From positions 928,001 to 992,000 of the forward strand of contig CM000436.1 in NCBI GenBank assembly GCA_000165345.1: DNA of 64,000 nucleotides, written 5' to 3'. How positions within the stretch are numbered: position 1 is the stretch's first letter; each line of letters opens with the position of its first letter. Position numbers and translations under genes: made by a program. A model generated the notes under the pieces. That model saw nothing but the letters and a program-made list of their open reading frames with translations, had not been told where the DNA came from and searched no databases. Positions 31,236-41,942 of the stretch are shown in pieces.

Positions 31236-32988
31236 CTATGCTAGTAATAATGACTTCATTATGCAGTCGACAAATTCTTCATTATCTGCGCCTGGAAGGT
31301 AGGAGTTCGAATATAGAGATGGAGATGAAGCCATGAAATTTTCCAATTTAGGAATAGGAACATATCTTATCTTTCTTCCCTTTGAAGCTCTTCTATCTAC
31401 GTTGTTAACTGTCTTTTTCCCCTTGCTGAGTAGTGACGAGGAAACAGAGTTTAAATTAGGATCAGTGATTGACTTTGAAGAAATAATTTCCTTGAGTAAT
31501 GAAACAAATGAGTCTGAATCATCGTAAATATCCTTGCTCAGTTCATACATTAACATTGGATCTACTTTATCTCTCAAGAAATCGATTCCTATAAAGTTTA
31601 GAGAATTAGCATTAGGGCGTGACTTATTTAGCGCATGTTCTTTATTCAATAATGTTTGCTCTAACTGAACCCTTAGAGACTGGTTGAGTACTTTGAAGTT
31701 TTTTTGAACCTAAAATTTTAAAAAGTTAGTCGAAGTTTACAGGCAAGTAAAAAAGTATTACTTTATTCATTTGGATATAGTAGTGGTGTAACACCATCAA
31801 GAAACAGGAAATTCTATCGGCTGACATTACCTCTACTTGAGTAATTCGTGAAAACCACGAACAATTGTTGAGAGATTCAACAAAAAGCGTTCAGTATATC
31901 CAAAATTGCAAGGCCAAATAATTTGACAGTTATATATTAAATCTCTTTATTTCAAAACATGTTATAATTAAACTTCTTTAATTATTCATGACTTTGAACC
32001 AAATAGATAATATAAACTAATATTAATTTGGCAATTGAAAAACAAATTTGGAATATCAAACTTGAAAACAAACTTCAATACAAAAATATTGAATCTTTTG
32101 ATTCGTATTGAAATTCAGTAACACAAAAAAATCAATTTTTTAACTTACCTCAATTTGAGTATTTTTCTTCCATTCATCACAAACATCTATACACCACTCA
32201 AAAGTGTTATCTAGTACTGGATTATATTTATCCCAAAACTTCAGCTCAGCTTTAATTCTTTTATTAGAAGATTTGGAATTGAGTCGTGAATAAATTCCAA
32301 ACTTTGCTGAATCGTTCAAAATAGTTGAAGAAAGTCTTTTATTCTTACGATTAAGATGCATTTGTAATTCTTGATTCATTAATGTTAGATCAAGTATTTC
32401 TCTTCTAATTTCATCCAACTTAGTTTTAGAGTCTTCGTTTAATGACGAAATTAATCCAGTTGGAGGAAGCTGATTGCATAACTTTAAAGCATTTTGAATG
32501 AAGATACGTATTGCAAGTATATCGGACCATATTTTACGCTGATTTTTCACATTTTCACCTCTTTCTTTATCATATATCATTTTATCCATGATTTTAGTAT
32601 TATCCACAATAGAAAAATTAGCTTCCAACTCTTTATATTTATCGACCTTTCTAGAAATAGAATCAGATAGTTGAATATTATTCTTAAAATCGGAGTATTC
32701 TTCATTAATATTGTCAAATCCAGTAATATCATTAATGCTATAATCATATGCAGCCTCCTCAAATTTAGAGTTTTCATCTCTAGTAGAAATTTCTCTGTCT
32801 CTCATTTCTTTAAAATCAGATAGAGATATCTTCTCTCCAGCATATTTTTTAGGCAAATTAAAATTTGCTCTGAATCTCAATCTACCGTCATTTTTACTGA
32901 ATTCACTTATATCTGGGGTTTCTTCTTGGTCTATTTCTGAGCCGCTTTGGTTCTTTCTATCATAAAATTCATCATCATAAAAATCCAT
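31236..32988 (-). CDS. AATF/Che-1/Bfr2-like nucleolar protein, proposed 2 exons: join(32988..32149, 31709..31236)
   Basis: Exon 1 (ATG 32988, acidic N-terminus, RKIWSDILAIRIFIQNALKL region) ends ATTGAG|GTAAGT just before its in-frame stop (donor at 32148..32143). The minus-strand acceptor ttttaaaattttAG lies at 31711..31710. Exon 2 continues in phase 0 into ORF 31236..31649, which has no ATG of its own at its N-terminus. Exon 2 carries a TRAUB-like YDDSDSFVSLLKEII motif and a C-terminus RKIRYVPIPKLENFMA that resembles AATF C-termini. Confidence 0.6.
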
Positions 32989-33193
32989 TTTGTTTTAGAA
33001 CCTGAATCACTAAAAGATATTTTAAGACTGCTTATTACCTGTGTATAAACTTTCAGTAGATGTCCAAATTTTATTATTACTACCTTACAAGTTATTTTAT
33101 ACTATACGTCTGAATTTACTTTTCGACAGTAATTATTGACTTTTTTTTAAGCGGACAATTTGAAAAATTTTAGATAAAAATTTGTTACCCTGT

Positions 33194-33202
33194 AGGCGCC
33201 AA
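33194..33202. promoter_or_regulatory. AGGCGCCAA in the AATF(-)/DCC1-like(+) divergent promoter; second site TTGGCGCTAA at 33370..33379
   Basis: Both sites lie in the 500-bp intergenic region between 32988 and 33489. Confidence 0.45.
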
Positions 33203-33488
33203 CTATCTGTTAATTCAATTTAAAGAAAAACATGAAAAAGCAATTGTGAAAATTAAGGCTACATGGTTATTATGCAGCAGAAACAACATATCATAAATTT
33301 CTTTTTAACGGCTATAAAAACATTTACTTTTTTAAATCAAACTTGCATTTTCATATTAAAAAAAAGTTATTGGCGCTAAATGTGGGAAAGTAATATTTAA
33401 ATATTTGGTGTGAGGTTAAAATATAATGAACAGGTGTTTATGTTGTTTTATCTAAGCAGAGTGAATCAAACTTATAATATATCCTGAA

Positions 33489-34934
33489 ATGGAGGTAGAT
33501 TTCCATACTCTATACTCAAAAGCAGCTAGTAGTTGGTCTCTTTTACAATTGGATCCAAATTGCGAGGAAAGCCTTAGAAATGGGAAACAGTTATGGTTAA
33601 AGGGCCTGAAAAACAATAGAGAGAACTGTAATGTTCCAACAGTTATTTGTACAGAAAACGAGACCTTTTATCTTAGACGTGAGAAAAGTAGTAATGTAAC
33701 GTATTTAGCTATCGAATCTGAAAATGGAGAATTAATTGAGATGCAAAACGATGAGAACTCTCCTAACAATGAAAGCTACAATGCAAATAAACTTTCAGTA
33801 GTTGGAAATTTGAACAGCATTGTAGTTATGATTAAAATTCCTGCTATTATGAATCTTTTCGAGGATTACATAGCTAGTCATAGAAATTTAACTAATAATT
33901 CACACTCCGAAATGACTTTTAAAAAGCTATTTAGCATATCTCAGATAAGTTTGATGGAGCTATATAATTTCTTATTTGATTACAGCAGCATGATGTACTG
34001 TGATATAGAAGGAAACTGGTATTCAATTAACAACGAAATTTTGTTATTTTTGTTGAGCTCGCTTTTACAAAAAGGGATGTCAATGAATAAATCTTTCAGG
34101 TATATGACTGTTAAAGATGTAAAATACTTGCTAAGAGAATCTTTTTCAGAGTTAGAATCTCTAGGGGAATCTTTGGAAAATAGCATTAATTACAACGTTT
34201 TAAAGCATGCATTGAGTTTTGACTTAACGTTAATCCAATTGATCAAACATATCATCGTTCCTGCAGATAACAATTTAGGAAATTTGGTTTTCGATGAATT
34301 TGTCGAGGAAAACATTAAAAATCTTCTATCTTCTCCTCGGATACAGGATCATGTGTCTCTAAGAAACATTGATAGCATGAGAGTTGACTTTTCATATAAG
34401 AGAATACAGGGAATTCTTGCTACATCTATTTTAAAAAAACATCAAGTTCTGAAAGCAAGAGATTATATTGAGGAATTTCAAAACATTCTTTCAAACTATA
34501 TTCCTTTAGAACTAAGTGAACTAGAATTCGAATATAATGACACAAACGCAATATCAGATTTAGATGGCGAAAAAAATATCAAGGTAGAAACTGACTTTTA
34601 CTATGGGTTCCCTTTAATCGAAAACCATCCAGATAACACGGGGATCAGGTTCGATATAATTGCGGGTCAGGCATATTACAATCATGAGGATGATGCAATT
34701 ATTTATTTGCCCAGTTCGTCCCTTCCAATTGACCCACGTAATAGGCTCTCAATTTTGTTTCGCAAAAAGAAGCATTGGCATATTTCGGAGCTTAATGCTT
34801 ACATTTCTCCAGTTCTACAGCCGAGCATTAAACTTGAAGCGTTCTGCCTTAAAAATTGCTATGTTTGTGAACAAAATATTTTTAATAAAAATTATAGACT
34901 TTTTTACAATAAAAATCTTCCTCTCATGCATTAG
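33489..34934 (+). CDS. hypothetical protein, possible DCC1 (Ctf18-RFC subunit)-like, 481 aa
   Basis: ATG at 33489. The N-terminal block TVICTENETFYLRREKSSNVTYLAIE resembles the DSCC1 N-terminal motif (..LCSKDKTYDLKIADTSN..). Otherwise unassigned. Confidence 0.4.
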   Translation: MEVDFHTLYSKAASSWSLLQLDPNCEESLRNGKQLWLKGLKNNRENCNVPTVICTENETFYLRREKSSNVTYLAIESENGELIEMQNDENSPNNESYNANKLSVVGNLNSIVVMIKIPAIMNLFEDYIASHRNLTNNSHSEMTFKKLFSISQISLMELYNFLFDYSSMMYCDIEGNWYSINNEILLFLLSSLLQKGMSMNKSFRYMTVKDVKYLLRESFSELESLGESLENSINYNVLKHALSFDLTLIQLIKHIIVPADNNLGNLVFDEFVEENIKNLLSSPRIQDHVSLRNIDSMRVDFSYKRIQGILATSILKKHQVLKARDYIEEFQNILSNYIPLELSELEFEYNDTNAISDLDGEKNIKVETDFYYGFPLIENHPDNTGIRFDIIAGQAYYNHEDDAIIYLPSSSLPIDPRNRLSILFRKKKHWHISELNAYISPVLQPSIKLEAFCLKNCYVCEQNIFNKNYRLFYNKNLPLMH

Positions 34935-35291
34935 ACATGACGTGAAGGCATGGGCGCTTCCACGATACCAGTTGACATGTGTTAAAAAGGGTTTAGGGAA
35001 TATATATAATAGAGTATTACAGCTTTCATTAATTTATAAAGAAATTTGTCATCTGAGTTTATCAAATTAGAATATAGAGAAAGTTGGATTCGAAACTTTT
35101 TATGTTCCGATCATTTTTGATGCTTGGATAAAAAGATATAAATATTGATAACTCAAAGCCAGACTTTTTTCTTCATTTTCCAACAAGTTATTCCTCACAG
35201 AATAGTTTTCATTATTGCTTTTTTATTAATATATTTAGCACAATATTACTTATTTCTACGGCTTTTGAAAGTAAAAGGAAATATCATAAAT

Positions 35292-35806
35292 ATGAAATTG
35301 ATATTATTATTAATACTGTTTTTGGTACAAATTTCTTATATTAAGGTTGGATATGGTTTGAATGTTGAAAACTCAATACATATTCAAGAAAGTTCTATCA
35401 ACTTAAAAACCTCTACCAAAGATTCATTAAAGTCTAAGGAGTCCCCGGTAACAAACTTAAATATACCTTTGGATGGAAATTCAACAGATACTAACATATT
35501 GAATGCATTGGCATCGGTTCTGCCACTTAAATCAACTTCTAACTCACCTGATGATGCAAAAGATAAGGAGGCATCGGATCTATCTTATTTTGAACCCAAA
35601 GTACTTTATACGACAATCCCTGTGATCGTCATATGTATGGTTGGTATTGCAGTGTTAGCAGAACTATTTGGAGATGGTTTCGAATCAGGAAAGTAAGTTT
35701 TAATTATTTTACACTTAATTTTTCAAATTTTAATTTTTTCTGTTTTAGGAGAAGACTATCAATGATACCAGAGTCTGTTAAAAGAAGAGGGAGAGCATCA
35801 ATATAG
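35292..35806 (+). CDS. small Ser/Thr-rich (mucin-like) type-I membrane protein, 2 exons: join(35292..35692, 35749..35806)
   Basis: ORF 35145.. starts with TTG. The first ATG at 35292 gives signal peptide MKLILLLILFLVQISYIKVGYG. The C-terminal TM is IPVIVICMVGIAVLAELF. The ORF-track stop is created by GTAAGT at 35693..35698. A 56-bp intron ends ttttttctgttttAG (35747..35748), and phase 2 is maintained. The spliced tail is ..FESGK-RRLSMIPESVKRRGRASI*, a basic cytoplasmic tail consistent with the positive-inside rule. Confidence 0.6.
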
Positions 35807-35890
35807 AATGTAGATAAAAAGTTCTACCTGTACTTTTTATTTTTCCTAAATAGTAATATAATAAATTTCTAGAATAAGATATTTTTTAAT

Positions 35891-36511
35891 CTATTGCGTG
35901 ATGAATTCTCTTAGACATTTTTTCAAATTTATATAATTTTCTTTGCCTTCTAAGATATCTCCGTATGGTGAGCATTGGAAGTAACTTAGGCATGCTTGGA
36001 TATTTCGTGTATGATAACTTTTAAGCTTCTCTATTAGGTTGAATATTTTATTTTGAACTTTTATGTCAGATTCAATGCAATCTTTCCATTCACAAAGAAA
36101 GTCTAATACAATATCGACGGAAATCCCAGAGCTTGAACCTCCAATAATGCTCGAATAAATCATTTCATTATATGTTTCAGTAAAACTTGAAAGATGAGTA
36201 TAAATTTCATCAATCCCACTTTGTATTTGACTAATTTCTTGCATTTTTTCTATTGCAAGATTTTTTGAATGATTTAATTGGTCCTGAATAGCCTCTGCAC
36301 TTCCAGAAATATAGCTTTGATTCAAGCTAAACATATTTAAACATAGGCATGACTTTTGATTTAAATATGCAGATTCTATTTTTAGTGCAGAGTATTTTTG
36401 TACTGACTTTTGGAGTTCCAACCTATATTTCGACCATACTTCGATAAGTCTCAAGAGATCAATTAAAGGGTTGTACAAAAGCCTCCTAATCTCACGACTA
36501 ATTAGGCCCAT
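35891..36511 (-). CDS. hypothetical coiled-coil protein, 206 aa
   Basis: ATG at 36511. No domain recognised. Divergent to the Ubc6 gene with an E2F-like motif between them. Confidence 0.45.
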   Translation of the reverse strand: MGLISREIRRLLYNPLIDLLRLIEVWSKYRLELQKSVQKYSALKIESAYLNQKSCLCLNMFSLNQSYISGSAEAIQDQLNHSKNLAIEKMQEISQIQSGIDEIYTHLSSFTETYNEMIYSSIIGGSSSGISVDIVLDFLCEWKDCIESDIKVQNKIFNLIEKLKSYHTRNIQACLSYFQCSPYGDILEGKENYINLKKCLREFITQ

Positions 36512-36599
36512 TGAAGTTTATTAATCCCGAGAATAATGCTTCATCTTTTATTTTATTTGAAAAGGTAAGCTGCAAAAAGCAGGAATTTTGAAAAAATAA

Positions 36600-36610
36600 T
36601 TGGCGCCGAA
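36600..36610. promoter_or_regulatory. TTGGCGCCGAA in the divergent promoter between 36511(-) and the Ubc6 gene 36753(+)
   Basis: Located 90 bp and 150 bp from the two start codons. Confidence 0.5.
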
Positions 36611-36752
36611 ACTGGGGATAAATTAGTAATTATGTATGGACCATATTTAATTATAAATACTAATATTTTATATTATTGCAAGTAAGAGAACAGTTAAAGG
36701 GATTCGAAGGTACAATTGGATTAAAGAAAGCGATTTTTCTTTGGATCCTAAG

Positions 36753-37763
36753 ATGCATCAAACAGGAGCAAGGGGAGTAGGTAGTTCTGGAATTACATCT
36801 GTTCAATGCTTGAGTAGGATTCTGCGAGAATATAGAGAAATACAGAAAGAGCCTAGCTCTTACTGGTGTGCGTTTCCAATAAATATGGATGAGCCGTATG
36901 AGTGGCATTTTACTATTAAGGGACCGGCAGGAACCGAGTTTGAAGGAGGAATGTATCATGGGAGAATCATATTGCCTCACTCGTATCCATTTTCGCCTCC
37001 ATCTTTAATGATGCTAACGGGAAATGGTCGCTTTGAAGTTGGGAAAAAAGTATGTCTTAGTGCTAGCAATTACCACCCTGAACTTTGGCAACCTGCTTGG
37101 GGGATCAGAACAATGTTAGATGCTTTGCACGCCTTCTTTCCAACGCCAGGAGAAGGAGCAATACATTCTTTAGATTGGAGTCCTGAGATTAGGAAGAAGT
37201 TGGCTAAAGATAGCGTTAATTGGCATTGTAACACTTGTCAGGAAACGAATTTGGAAGCTCTTTCTCGTCTATCTCCCGAAGATCAAGATACTGCTTCTAA
37301 AGAATCTTTAACTCATAGTGAAAATCCATTAATCCAACACATTAATAACTGTATAAATGAATCAAAAGCTGTTGAAAAGGATAAAAAAAAGAATAAAGAA
37401 ACTGAAAAAATCTCAGATAAAGATGATGAATACGACAACACTGAGAATAGCCAGAAATCAGATATATATGAATCAAGTAGTTTGGATATTACAAATAAAG
37501 ATGAATCCTCCAGCTTAAGTAATGAGGGCCAGCCAAGTTCAAGGTCCTTTTCACCAACTCAACACTTAGGGACTGTTGTAATCCCTCCAAATAGACTTCC
37601 TCCGAAGATTTCCCAGCAGAGCATTGCTTGGAGCTTTTTACTTGTAAAAAAGCCTTCAAATATTCTCGAAGGAGTGGCAACTTTAATCGATTTATTCATT
37701 GGTATTTTACTTATCACAATATTTATACTTTTTGTCAGATTATTTTCTACGTTTATCTTATAG
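36753..37763 (+). CDS. tail-anchored ubiquitin-conjugating enzyme E2, Ubc6/UBE2J-type (ERAD E2)
   Basis: ORF 36741 starts with TTG. The first ATG is at 36753. The UBC fold has a family-6 signature (EWHFTIKGPAGTEFEGGMYHGRIILPHSYPFSPPSLMMLTGNGRFEVGKKVCLSASNYHPELWQPAWGIRTML). The catalytic Cys is in KVCLS. The C-terminal TM anchor is LIDLFIGILLITIFILFVRLF. Confidence 0.85.
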   Translation: MHQTGARGVGSSGITSVQCLSRILREYREIQKEPSSYWCAFPINMDEPYEWHFTIKGPAGTEFEGGMYHGRIILPHSYPFSPPSLMMLTGNGRFEVGKKVCLSASNYHPELWQPAWGIRTMLDALHAFFPTPGEGAIHSLDWSPEIRKKLAKDSVNWHCNTCQETNLEALSRLSPEDQDTASKESLTHSENPLIQHINNCINESKAVEKDKKKNKETEKISDKDDEYDNTENSQKSDIYESSSLDITNKDESSSLSNEGQPSSRSFSPTQHLGTVVIPPNRLPPKISQQSIAWSFLLVKKPSNILEGVATLIDLFIGILLITIFILFVRLFSTFIL

Positions 37764-38005
37764 AATAAACTACATATTATATGTACGGATAGGTTCCTAT
37801 TTATTCTAATTTGTTTTATTGCTCTTTTTAAACAAAGGTATTTTATTTTCACCTTATAGATTTACATACTTTTAGTATATTTTGGATTATTGAAATACTT
37901 GGGAATTTATTGAATAGAGATCGTCAAAATTAAAGCATGAATCAAATATCTTTGTAAAGTTAAACTGCCCTACTTTTATTAATACAGTTAAAGCTATAGT
38001 AACTG

Positions 38006-38015
38006 TTGGCGCCAA
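38006..38015. promoter_or_regulatory. perfect palindrome TTGGCGCCAA 60 bp upstream of the ATG at 38071
   Basis: Exact 10-bp palindrome identical to the E2F-like consensus. Confidence 0.55.
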
Positions 38016-38070
38016 AATGTGAGGCAAAATCTTGAAAAATAATTGAGATAATATAAATATATAGTTGAAC

Positions 38071-40161
38071 ATGTTAGAGGAAGACTATGATAAGGTTGTG
38101 CAGCTTTTTTTGGAGTGGTTTGGAATGACATATCTGGAGAATGAGGAGTTTAAAAGGTCTAACAAGGATTTAGAGATACTACAGCAAATGGTTATTCCAG
38201 CAATAAATAAGATATTCAAGAAAGTAATAGCAACTTATAGCGAACTTATAGAATTATGTACGAGTTCAGAAAAAAGTAAGAAAATTTCTCAAAAGAGAGA
38301 AGAAATGGAAAGGATCTATAGACAAAATTTCAGACTTTTAGTATTTACGACAAGGCTTTTTTTACTTTTTATTCAAGAAATGTGCGGTGGAATTGTTGAA
38401 GAAAATGAATATGGAAGAGAGCAATCGATTAAGAGCTTCCCAATAAAGGTTATTCATGAACTTTTGGGTTCTCCTGGAACAAAAGAATGTATTATATTTT
38501 TATTTGACTTGGCTTTGTTGCAAAATAATAAGCTGCTATCCGATCAATTGTTTGACTACTTGGTGGAATTCCCAAATAGTATTCAAAAAGATTGTTACTT
38601 GGTAAGAAAAAGACTGATTGAATCTACGAATCGTTCATTTAATCACCAATTATTATCAATAACTAATAATTTTGAATGTTCTAGTTACTTTACAGGATTA
38701 TCAGATAAGGAGGAATCTATTGTAGTCGTGCTTTTCAAAATTAGGAACTTGATGAGAAACCTCTGGAAGATTGATAAAAGTTACTTAGACTTAATGGTTT
38801 GGTGGCAAAAAAACTATATGGAATTTTTTAGCTCTATCAGAAACATTCAACTCTCCGAACTTTATGATCAATTGGAAAATACCAGAATTGAAGACCTCCC
38901 GATTTCAACATTTTTTGAATCTAATGAGCATTGGGAGCTATCAACTCTTTGTGGAGTGACAGGTTATGTTCTGTATATAACTTATCAGTCTATTATTGAT
39001 GGGAATGAGCAGGTTGAGGAAACAGTAACTTCATTTCACTTTGAGAATCAAGGCTACTCTGTTTCTGAGCTAGTCAAAGAAGCAATCAAATTCTCAATTA
39101 TATCTATTCTGCTTGATCCTGCAAACTACAAACCTGCTTGGATTCTTAGCCTGCTACATCTATCTCCAACTGAGCACTTCTCTCTTACATATTCTTTAAA
39201 GTTTACCAGATTAACAATCAATTTGAATCCCTCTTTCAATGATTCCTGGGTGTTATACTCACTGCTCTGGACTAGCAGTATACAACATGATGCCTGCAAT
39301 TTAATAACTTCAATTGATAATTCTGAATTATCTAGCTCTGAAGGAGTAGAAAATGAAGATTTCTTTTATGATACCTTAAGAAAACTATCTCCTATTTCAA
39401 TTACCAGTAAAATTATTTCACTTGCATCAAATAACAGTCATCTTAAGATTCCACTCAAATTTATATATATTGGTTACAACATTTCCCAGATACTAAGTGA
39501 CAGAGAAAGCAATGATGACTTATGTTATGGAGTAATTTCTGATATATTGGAGTTAAATAGGTGGCTAACTCAACAACAAAAGGATTTAAGGGAAAAAGAA
39601 GTTGAGTTTGAAAGAACACCTAGTATATCTAGTGTTAGTATTTCTCCAACAAATAAGAGCAAGAAAAATAAAGAAGTCAAAGCTTTTTATTCAGATCAGC
39701 TAGGAAGGCCTATTCCAGAATTGGAATCAAATTCTTCACCTTTAATCACTCATCCACTTTTATTTAGGCTTCAGTTACTGATTTGGAGTTTGAAACTAAA
39801 ACAATTCCTTAACCATGATGGGTTATATATATGTAGTGAGCATATAATTAATCAGCTCAACGACGCCTTCCTACTCGAAAAAAAAACATTTGAGAAAGAT
39901 ATAGATATACTAGACGAACTACATATAGATACACATGTTAGGTCTTATATAAAAATGCTAATGAACAAGTTTTCTCTCATACTAAATAATTACAAATTAC
40001 AAGAAGTTAACCCCTTAGAGACTTCAATCCATTACAATGGAATATTACAAAGTGATCATTTAAAGAATCAATTATTTTCTCAAGTAAAATCCAAGCCCTT
40101 GTTCGAAATTGATATTATTGACTGGAGAATGTTATTTTCCCCTATTCACAGCTTATATTGA
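38071..40161 (+). CDS. hypothetical protein, about 696 aa
   Basis: ORF 38065 starts TTG-AAC-ATG. ATG at 38071. A TTGGCGCCAA motif lies 60 bp upstream. Likely helical repeat protein, no domain recognised. Confidence 0.5.
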   Translation: MLEEDYDKVVQLFLEWFGMTYLENEEFKRSNKDLEILQQMVIPAINKIFKKVIATYSELIELCTSSEKSKKISQKREEMERIYRQNFRLLVFTTRLFLLFIQEMCGGIVEENEYGREQSIKSFPIKVIHELLGSPGTKECIIFLFDLALLQNNKLLSDQLFDYLVEFPNSIQKDCYLVRKRLIESTNRSFNHQLLSITNNFECSSYFTGLSDKEESIVVVLFKIRNLMRNLWKIDKSYLDLMVWWQKNYMEFFSSIRNIQLSELYDQLENTRIEDLPISTFFESNEHWELSTLCGVTGYVLYITYQSIIDGNEQVEETVTSFHFENQGYSVSELVKEAIKFSIISILLDPANYKPAWILSLLHLSPTEHFSLTYSLKFTRLTINLNPSFNDSWVLYSLLWTSSIQHDACNLITSIDNSELSSSEGVENEDFFYDTLRKLSPISITSKIISLASNNSHLKIPLKFIYIGYNISQILSDRESNDDLCYGVISDILELNRWLTQQQKDLREKEVEFERTPSISSVSISPTNKSKKNKEVKAFYSDQLGRPIPELESNSSPLITHPLLFRLQLLIWSLKLKQFLNHDGLYICSEHIINQLNDAFLLEKKTFEKDIDILDELHIDTHVRSYIKMLMNKFSLILNNYKLQEVNPLETSIHYNGILQSDHLKNQLFSQVKSKPLFEIDIIDWRMLFSPIHSLY

Positions 40162-40312
40162 AAAAAAGCTGTGGCTTCTAGCTGAAGCTATTATGGCGTT
40201 TTTATTAATATTAGAATTTATAAAATTAAATTTAGTAAACTTAAAACCATTTTTAAAAAAATCAACTTAAATATTGAGACAAAGCTTGAAATCAAAATTT
40301 ATTCAAAAAAGC

Positions 40313-41761
40313 TCATTCATCAATTGAAAAAAGTTCTGATCCCAAAATATTGGATGGATTGCCATGAGAATCAAAGATACACTCATTAACACTAGTGAAG
40401 TTGTTGCTCCAACCTTTATGCAGGCCAGATCTCAACATATGGAGAATACCTGTAAGATTATTTCCGTCAAATGCATTTTTGGGAAATTGTTTATATTCTT
40501 CAATAGTTGGAGAGATATAATATCTCAAGTTAATTTTTGGATACTTACATAAAACATTCTTTAATAGCTTCAATCCTCTAACTTGAGAGTGAAGAATGGA
40601 AAAACTTCTTGACAACAACTTTGTAAAAGTAATTTCTTGGCTTTCAGTGTTAGACTCTTCGTCACTAACTTTTGGTCCTGTATCTGGGAAAGTTTCAATT
40701 GCATCAATAACTACATCTTCTTGTCTTTTTGCAAGACCTAATTTGAAACAAGCTTGAATTGAATGTTCGATATTCATATTCATAACAACCCCACCATCCA
40801 TATAGTGGGATCCATTTATTAAAACAGGTGAAAATGCACCGGGTACAGATGTAGAGGCAAGCGTAGCATTAATTAAATCAGGTAGTTTTGTAGAGCTAGA
40901 ATTCCATGAAATATACTCACCATCTTCATATCTCACAGCTGATACCAACACTTCTCTTCTTTTAATTTTCAATGTACGATTATTAGCCATTTCTCGTTTC
41001 ATTTTTACATAAGTTTTGTTTTTATAAGGTTCAATTTGGTGACCAAAAGTGTCATTTAAATAGAAAAATAAGGGAGTATGATCGCAAATCGAATTTCTAA
41101 GTTTCTTTTTTGAACCAAAAAGGCCTCCTATATAGTGAGTAGCAAATTTAAGGATATTTTTCCAAATAGGAAGCGTACAATCAGAAAGATAGTCCTGTCT
41201 AATATTAGACCAAAGATTCCACAAATTTTTCACATAAGAAAATTCTTCACCAGGCTCATGGAATAATCCAGCAAGAGCTAAGATTCCTCCAATTGATACA
41301 CCCCCTATTACATCCCATCTAATAGTATTGTTGTATTTGGTGATATGCTGGCCCAATAAACCTCTTAAAACTCCTGTTTGCCAGGCTCCTCTGTTTGCTC
41401 CTCCAGAAAGCAAAAGAACATAACATTTATCTTCCTTGGATTTATAGTAAAACTCTGGAATGTTTTTTATTTGACAAATCATTTCAGAAGGAGTATTTAG
41501 ATAACTGCTTAAATTTGAATCAATAATATTTGGAGAGTAACCTTCTTTATCACTCTGAGAAGTTAATAACTTAAAGATCATGCTGTTGTTATTTTTAACG
41601 GCAATTTCCTCGAAGAGGTATTGAGCCTTTTCAATTTCTTGAGTAAAGTTACTAAAGAGTTCGCGTCTTTCATCTTCTTTTCGATTCCTAAATGTGAACG
41701 CTTCAGCTGCAACAAACTGATAAATAAAAAAAATATAAAGTATTAGATATACAGCTTTCAT
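40313..41761 (-). CDS. secreted patatin-like phospholipase (PNPLA family), about 482 aa
   Basis: ORF-track start 41818 is TTG. The ATG at 41761 gives signal peptide MKAVYLILYIFFIYQFVAAEA. Oxyanion motif LSGGANRGAWQTGVL, GxSxG nucleophile motif GGVSIGG, and catalytic Asp in MDGGVVMN. Confidence 0.8.
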   Translation of the reverse strand: MKAVYLILYIFFIYQFVAAEAFTFRNRKEDERRELFSNFTQEIEKAQYLFEEIAVKNNNSMIFKLLTSQSDKEGYSPNIIDSNLSSYLNTPSEMICQIKNIPEFYYKSKEDKCYVLLLSGGANRGAWQTGVLRGLLGQHITKYNNTIRWDVIGGVSIGGILALAGLFHEPGEEFSYVKNLWNLWSNIRQDYLSDCTLPIWKNILKFATHYIGGLFGSKKKLRNSICDHTPLFFYLNDTFGHQIEPYKNKTYVKMKREMANNRTLKIKRREVLVSAVRYEDGEYISWNSSSTKLPDLINATLASTSVPGAFSPVLINGSHYMDGGVVMNMNIEHSIQACFKLGLAKRQEDVVIDAIETFPDTGPKVSDEESNTESQEITFTKLLSRSFSILHSQVRGLKLLKNVLCKYPKINLRYYISPTIEEYKQFPKNAFDGNNLTGILHMLRSGLHKGWSNNFTSVNECIFDSHGNPSNILGSELFSIDE

Positions 41762-41942
41762 GTCTTGAATGGCTTGATAGAATCCAATCCTATCAAACTT
41801 GCTACTACAGTCCGTCAAATTCTTGGTTCGAAAAAAAATAACCTTCCAAGCTAAGGCGCGAATCTAATAATGTATAATTATAGGTACCTGAACAAAAATT
41901 AAGAAATACGGGGATTAAAGAGCTTCTTTATGAAATCAAATT

